Source: Paramecium tetraurelia
Lineage: Eukaryota
NCBI GenBank assembly: GCA_000165425.1
Contig: CT868658.1
Location: forward strand, 248,001-312,000
Length of the DNA stretch: 64,000 nucleotides
Direction: 5' to 3'
Shown: positions 56,478-64,000 of the stretch, one piece after another
Numbering within the stretch: position 1 is the stretch's first letter
Layout of the letters: each line of letters begins with the position of its first letter
Notes under the pieces: model-generated
Databases searched by the model: none
Seen by the model: the letters and a program-made list of their open reading frames with translations, nothing else
Told to the model about the DNA's origin: nothing
Made by a program: the position numbers and the translations under genes

Positions 56478-57502
56478 ATGGGTTTGAGATAATTGGACTT
56501 TTTTAGAAAATTAAATACTGATATTGGCGACACTTCCTCGTCTTTGGGAGGATTCTTGACCATGATCGCATTTGCAGTAAGCATCTAACATATTTGTTGA
56601 TAGTTGGTTACTATTTTTACCATGAATGAATGTAGATTATTTTTTAGCACAGAATTAAACTATTAGACTGTGATTGACAATGACACTGAATAATTTATCA
56701 AGGTTTATTTGGATGCGATTGTCGGAGCTCCTTGTATGGTTTTGTCATTGGATTAATAAGACGAAGTTGGAGTACACGTAATGGATGTTTCTGGCAATTT
56801 GAAAAAGATTGCTTTGGATAAGGAAAGACATGTGTTGCCTACAGTATTTAAACAATAATATTCATTATAAAGATAGACAATAACGAAAGACCTAATTACA
56901 GAGGAAGTGACTAAGAATTAGTTGATGCTATTGAGGCTATCAATCAAGGAGAATAATGCTAATTTAAGGGATTCTTTTCAGTAAACAAGGTCCCAGGTAA
57001 TTTTCATATCAGTTATCATGCACATCACCATTTGATACAGAGAATTCATCAAAGAGATTTATCAACCTACAGAAAACTCAAATTGGATCACACAATCTAT
57101 GAATTGAGGTTTGGAGACAACTCTTCTTCCTTCAAAATGAAGAAATACCCTAAATCCCTTCAAAAATTCTAGTCCTCCTGGAATTCTATAGCCAAAACAG
57201 CTCCTGAAGGGGAAAAACAAGATTATGAATACTATATCAATGCTTTGCCTGTGAGGTTTTACGATGATAAAGAACGAAATTATTAAACTCTCTATAAATA
57301 CTCTATCAATGAGGCACAAATGACAAGATCCTTTACAGAAATCGATTCAATCTATTTTAAATATCAAATCAGTCCTGTCAATATGGTCTATTCTATTTAA
57401 AAGAAATCTGTCTATCATTTCATTGTTTAATTACTGGCCATTGTAGGAGGAGTCTTTGCAGTCATAGGAATCGTCAATTCAATTATATAAAAAGCATTTT
57501 GA
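56478..57502 (+). CDS. ERGIC/Erv46-Erv41 family ER vesicle transporter
   Basis: LRQLDFFRK..GGFLT, PCMVLSLD, CQFKGFFSVNKVPGNFHI, FKYQISP..HFIVQLLAIVGGVF. Confidence 0.92.
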
Positions 57503-57569
57503 GTTTATAATATTCACAAACATTTGAAATCAAAATAATGTTTATATGAATCTTATACATATAATTATC

Positions 57570-59051
57570 ATTCATTATACATTTCTTATAATTAATTAGG
57601 TTTTGGTGGCCTATAATTATTTTGAATCATTTCTGCAACTGCATTCTCGAAATCAGTGGTCTGATACTTCTTCGTAACTTCTTTCGTGAACTTTCTGCTT
57701 TTCCCTGAATTCTTGGATTTAACTATATCTTGCACTGAACCTCCTTTCATTATCATCACTGGAATCGGTTACATACAAGCCTCTTTTTCAATGCACTCAT
57801 CGTCATGGAAAGAAAAAGGAGAGCTAAAGAGAAAGTTCTTCTTTTATAATGGAGACAATATCTTTATAACAGAAGAATGTTTTCTAGAGAGTTGATTCGC
57901 ACTGCCTAAAGTATTATTAGATGTAATTTCTTCGGCTGCAAAATATTTATGTTGCAAAATTTAATTAGTATCAATCCTTTGTGTAGGATCAATTTGTAGC
58001 ATCGATTTCAATAGGTTTAAAGCTTATTTTGGGCTGGTTTGCAATCAACAAATCGAAATTTGTATTGCATTTAGCATTATGTTCCAAGACCTCATCGTGA
58101 TTTGATCCTTAAAACAAATCATTCTGTGTCAGCCTTGTTATAATTATAATTAGATTTACATCTTATAAAATATAACTCCTAATGAAAAAATGTCACATTT
58201 CTCATTGTATTCATTTATCCTGGTATCAAGGTTAAGGATTTCAGGAGCAATGTACCCAGGAGTCCCGCATTTTGATTTGCCTAAATCTTTTGTGGTCAAA
58301 CCAAAGTCAATGAGTTTCAATTAGTATATACTCTCACTAAACATAATATTTTCCGGTTTTAAATCTCTATGCATGTAACCTTTTTCATGCATAAAATTTA
58401 CAGCTGCAACTAATTATCTAAATATGATAGGGATGTCTTCAAGATTTAGTTCTTTTAGCACATCAGTAAATTCAAGATCATAATATTACATGACCATATA
58501 ATAAGATACATCCCCTTCGAAAACTTCCAAAAGCTCTGCAATATTTTAATGCTTCAAAGAAACCATCGCTTAGATTTCTTCAAACAAGCCTTACTAAATA
58601 GAATAGCACTTATTTTTACTCTTCCAATCTAAGCATCTACTTAAGTTTTATCTAAACATTTACAAGCAAAATAATCTAGGCTGTTTAATTTGCTTTGTAA
58701 TAAATAAACATTTGAGAAAGTTCCTTACCCAATCTATTATAACGGATTATATAATGTGTTTACACCTTTAAACACCACTCTTGCACCTAAAATTTATTTT
58801 AAGTTGATTAAATTTTAATTATCAGCATAATACCAGTGATGCTTGTTTGTTATCAATCCTATAGCTTAAAGTTGCTTGTTCTTAACTTTAAAATCTATGA
58901 ACAAATTGTAATTTATTTCTAATTCATTTCTCTTGTGAGGCAAGTCTGAAATGTTTGTGATAATAATTTTATCAGAAGCCACTTCTAATATACATAGCTT
59001 ATTCCCCAATAACTTATGCCTACAGCAGTCCATCTTGAAGCTAGATTCCAT
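57570..59051 (-). CDS. CAMK-family Ser/Thr kinase with PH-like N-terminus
   Basis: [34 protein letters not shown]. 3' end approximate. Confidence 0.88.
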
Positions 59052-59230
59052 TTTAGTTTTAATTCAATTAAATTTAATTTATACAAGCAAATTTGTTTAT
59101 ATGATTTTAGGCAAATACATGTGATGTATCTGAAGTAAATGCTTTATTAAATATTAATTAATACTTTTTATTAATTTAAAATAATTAAACTTTTAATACA
59201 GAAGATTTTAAACACAAAAAAAGAATTTAA

Positions 59231-59821
59231 TCAAAGAGGGTTGTCGTTATAATGATTGAAGAGATCACCCATTATTTTTTCTGAAAATGGTTTAATTCTA
59301 TTGAGGGAGCATTTTAACTATTCTTCATTAACTTTTGTGTGGAAGGCCAAAAATTTTGTATTTAAGCCTCCTTGCTTATAGAATATAATGTCAGCAGCAA
59401 TTTTTATAGTAATTGCAATTTAAAGGTTTATCGATAGCTTGCCAATCAAATACACTAGTTGGTTTTTTAAAGTTTCACATACTCTTGATACTTAATCACC
59501 GAAACCCATTTTTTAACAGACATGGGAAAAATTCAAGTTTTATGATTATTCAATGTACTTAATGACGTATTCGACTTTTTTCTCCACTGGAGGCAATCTT
59601 CTATTCGATTCCTTGAGACAATAAAATATGACTCCCTTTGCAGAAGTGAGAGTGTTTTAAAGTGGAGTTGTTTAAATTATTTTGGTTGCTTTCTTTTCAA
59701 TCTCAAAATCCAAGTTCATTTTAAAAATTAAATGCTGAACTTCTTCTAATAAAGAGATTTCCATCTTTGGAGTTAGGCATTCGTCATTGAATTTAGGTAC
59801 TGGAGGTCTATGATGAGTCAT
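59231..59821 (-). CDS. Small helical protein resembling the TFIIB/cyclin-fold core
   Basis: Intronless ORF: EVQHLIFKMNLDFEIEKKATKII..AKGVIFYCLK..HVCQKMGF..AADIIF..KVNEEQLKCSLNRIKPF. No Zn-ribbon. Confidence 0.55.
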
Positions 59822-60249
59822 AAGTAATTTAATTATTGAATAATCTATAATTACATTTATGTTTTTAATTGATGACTCAATTATTTATGTACAAAGCATT
59901 CTACATTATTTAATATATAAAAAATAATTTATATGCAATGACGAATATTTCCTCAAGAAAATCGTAATTAAATCATCATTAATCACGTGTCTCACTCCTA
60001 ATACTTCTTAAATCAATCTAGGGAGATTGAATTTCTAGAAAAATTAAAAATATAGATCAACTTGAATTACTTCCTAAAATGTGAACATATTTGCCTTGTC
60101 TGATAATAAGAATGTGTCTTTTAGTATAGTTTGATGGTAATATATTATAAATAGATGATCAGAATGGGTATATATAGTTTATCTTTTTTTGTCTAATTTA
60201 TTTATACATACATATATATATATAATTTAATGGAAATATGGAGTTGAAA

Positions 60250-62397
60250 AAATCAAAATTTCATACATTTATAATTCTCACATAATGGAGCAACTTTCAA
60301 AACAACAGCATTTCTTGGTTTAAGTCTTTACAATTCTATTAGTTCCAAACAACTAGTTTTTTTGATAGTCAATTTCCCATTTCATTATTCTTTATCCATC
60401 ATTAGTTATCAAATATCCATTATTTCGTATCCAATTACAATAATAGAATGTTTACTGCATTTCATTATTGAATAGATGTCCTGAATCTTATTAAATTGAT
60501 TATAAATCATAAATTATTATTTCTTTCTCAGTTGATACAAATAAGCATTTTTCACTTAAATTAATTAAGGATAATACACATCCAGTTTGTAGAGATAAGG
60601 TTTATTTAATTTCTAGTTTCATTCCTTGTTCTTTTTACTAATGAGAGATATTCAAGATTAAAATTTCATTTAATTTTTATCCATTGACTACAATTTAGGT
60701 GTCATTTAATAATTCTACATGCTATGCAACATAATCTAATTTTAAGTAAGAACTAATATTTAATAAGAAATAAATACAATTTTTTGTTAAACAAAAATCT
60801 GACACTTAGTATTCTAGAGCAATCAGATGTTATCAATAACTAATTGAGTTTATCAAAATAAATGAGATTAATCTATGCGGTATGATCCTTTAATGTATTT
60901 AAAACTTTAAAGGTTTTATCAAATTGCACAACCTGTACCTCTCCATTTCCGAGACCAATTAGAATGTTGGCCTCTTTCATCTAGCAAATTACATTAATTT
61001 ATTATGATGCAGATGGTAGACTAAATGGTTGACACATCTCATCATCCAAAACTTGGATTGTGTTATTTTCAAATAATCCGATTATTTTTTTGGGTTGTTC
61101 AGTCAAACATACACTTTTTAGATCTAAATTTATTAATTATTAATATTTCACTTTAGATTTATGTTTTATGAACGATCTATCCCTCGAAATTGATGTGAAT
61201 TAGGTAATTCTCACTAAACACAATAATCCCTTGATCATCTGCAATTTGACCCTTTGTAATCTCATTCAATTCTAGACAATAAATTTAATTTATCTTCCTC
61301 AATTTTATTGATTATGATTTATTCATGATAGTCTTTTCATAAGGTATGTGTAAAGCATAGTGTTTTTCTCTATTTTGGAGACTTCCTCCTTGATTCTACT
61401 CCAGACTGCCATTCATTTTATCTATTCCAGCAAGACAGTTAATAGCCTATTACCACGTAAATCTGGATTTCTCATCATAATTTAACATTCCTGTCAACAA
61501 TTCCTTGATTTTGTCATGATAAATTTGTTGCAATAGATTTGGGATTTTGTTTTGTTTCTAGTCATTTAACCCAGCAATGTCTTGATCTTGTAGCAATAAA
61601 TAAGTCTATATGAGTGTAACACCTAAGGAAAATACATCGGATTTTTCTAAATTATGTCTTGTGAGATATTGTTAAATTTTTACTTAACATCATTGTATTA
61701 GCCATTGATGTAAGCTTCCCATAGTTTGGGTGATAAGTAAAGTGGAGTGCCTACAAGGGTGTTTTTAAAATTGGTTTTAAAGTGTTCCAAAGCTTTGCTA
61801 ACACCAAAATCTGCAATTCTTGCTATAATTTTTTCATTCTCTTTATCGTATAGGATGTTCTCTGGTTTGATATCTCGATGGTACAATTCTTTTTGTTACA
61901 AAAAGAGGAAAGCCTATAATAATTGATTGACAATGTTCAAGAAACTTGTTTCTACAAATTTTGGATGCAAAAATACCATTAAAAGTCTTACGAGTTGCTT
62001 TAATTTCATCGTCTTTCAAATCTTTCAGACTCCCTTTAGCCAATTTCATTTGAAAGACTAAGAAATACTTTTAAACTGGGATAGTTTCTGACCAAGCATA
62101 GATTTTGTCAAAATAAATTATATTTGGATGGATATTAATTTGTCTATTCATTTAAACTTCTTTCAAGGCTTAATCGTATGATTTTTTGCTAGAATAGAGG
62201 AGAGAACATTACTTGATGCACTACACTATTTTGACTGCACAACATTATGATGGATTCGATTTAAATGTCATTTTATACACTTATCCATATGATCCTGATC
62301 CCAATAGAACTTAATTGGCAGTATCAAAGTCATTTTGATAATCTTCTGCATTGGGGAAACACAAAGCGTCAAGGCTATCTCCCTCTTTTTTACTCAT
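60250..62397 (-). CDS. Protein kinase with C-terminal beta-propeller-like region (3' end uncertain)
   Basis: LGSGSYGQV, CAVK, HRDIKPEN, DFG, VGTPLYLSP. C-terminal WD-like ILIGLGNGEVQV, LKDHTAQINLIYF. Confidence 0.8.
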
Positions 62398-62427
62398 TTA
62401 ATCTTATTAAAATATTAATTCAATAAG

Positions 62428-63483
62428 ATGAATGCAAAGGTTCGCATAGGAATAATGTCCACAGCTGAGATAGCTCACAAAGTGTGTTAGGCAATCAATT
62501 GCTCTGATCATGCTGAAGTCTATTGTGTAGCCAGTCGATCCTTAGAAAAAGCAAGATAATGGGCAGATGCTCATAACATCAAAATAGCATATGGCTCATA
62601 TGATGAATTGTTGGAAGACCCAAACGTAGATGGAGTCTATATTCCATTGCCAACATCTTTGAAAAAAGAATGGGCAATCAAAGCTGCCAACAAGAAAAAA
62701 CATGTATTAGTGGAGAAGCCATTGCCTGGAGCTGACTCCTCTAAATGTTTGGAAGAAATAATTAAGAGTTGTGAGGAGAATGGAGTTTAATTTTTGGATG
62801 GAACCATGTGGTTGCATTCCCTAAGAACATAAGTTGTGAAATAGAAGAAATAGGAATTAGGAAAAGTCTCAAAAGTGATAGCTGCATTTACATTCAAGGC
62901 TCCAAATGAAGAGTGGTTACATGGAGGTAATGGAAGAACAAATAAAAATCAAGAACCCCAAGGTTGTTTGGGTGATTAGGGATGGTATCCTGTAGGAGCA
63001 ATCCTTTTTGCTTTCGACTATGAATTACCAAAATTTGTTTAATGTCTCTAGTACAAATTAAATAAAGTTGATACGATTATCGAATATTCTGGATTCATAG
63101 AATTTTCAGATTAAAGATATGCTTACTTCGATTGTGGAGCTACCTCCGCTCATAGATCCTATGTAGATATTATTTGTGAAAATGGACAAATCAGAATAGA
63201 TGATTTAGTTGGAGGATTTGGTAGAACAGGAAACTTCAATGCCTATTTTGAAAACTTTGTTGGAAGTGAGAGGTTCTTTGTAGACGATGTTTAGGGAAAG
63301 GAGGAAGTCGTTAAGGTTGAAGCTTCGAATCACACAGTAAAAATGATTGATACCTTTGCTAATATCATCCAATCCAAAAAGACTGATGATTCATGGCATC
63401 ACAGAAGTTTGACTACTCATAGAGTGTTGGCAGCCTTATTCAGAGCTACTTAGAAGGTTGGAGAGAAGTTTTAAATCTTATGA
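62428..63483 (+). CDS. Gfo/Idh/MocA family oxidoreductase
   Basis: VRIGIMSTAEIA, VASRS, YGSYDELLEDPNVDGVYIPLP, HVLVEKP, GCLGDQGWY. Intronless. Confidence 0.92.
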
Positions 63484-63514
63484 TGATGAGTTTTAGAAAT
63501 ATATATTAAATAAA

Positions 63515-64000
63515 TCAATAATTGGTGTACACTTATTTTCTTTCATATTCAAAGAAATTATCTGTTTTAAATTCAGACACACTCAATCTATCCTGATTTT
63601 ACTGGAGTTTCACTTTTCTTAAGTGTTATTTACAATCAATTATAAATTCCTTACATTCCTTTTTGAAGTTCTTGAGTTTTTATTGATTTATTGTTAGTTT
63701 ATTCAACCTTCCAAAAAATTTGATTTGCTTACCATTTAAACATAACAATTTGTAGATCTCAAATAAATCAAACATCTCTTCATTATTCTGGCTTCTTAAA
63801 TCAATTATCAACTCCTTCAAATAATCAATCTATTGACTTTGGAATTGCTCAAGATCTTTCAGTATAAGTTGAAAGCAGAAATCCAACTTTGGACACTTCT
63901 ATCCCTCAATTATACGCAATCCCATCGAACAGATGTTTTAAATTACATACAATTCGATTATGGGAATTCCACTTTACTAATAATGACATACTCGTTTCAA
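63515..64000 (-). CDS. Hypothetical protein, 3' part only
   Basis: Open frame in the ciliate code ending ...EYERKQVYTNY* at 63515. Confidence 0.55.

Overview
AT-rich, gene-dense ciliate macronuclear DNA, almost certainly Paramecium. TAA/TAG read as Gln, TGA is the only stop, and genes carry 20-35 nt GT..AG introns with very short intergenic spacers. The supplied standard-code ORF track therefore only shows gene fragments. Re-reading by eye gives about 34 protein genes, one atypical tRNA-His, and several gene-free AT-rich gaps. The proteins include kinases and pseudokinases, a PTEN-like phosphatase, a longin R-SNARE, two SHIPPO-repeat proteins, acyl-CoA oxidase, a Myb protein, PME-1-like, PAP2, Erv46-like, WD40, MORN, a divergent YTH protein and a Gfo/Idh/MocA oxidoreductase. 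The standout is a PUB-domain gene (23906-24562) ending ...KRG-UGA-G-UGA. It is followed by a GC-rich hairpin 6 nt after the first UGA and a well-formed SECIS element, making it a candidate selenoprotein that I do not recognise as described, with a SelS/SelK-like C-terminal Sec. Boundaries were derived manually and some are approximate.
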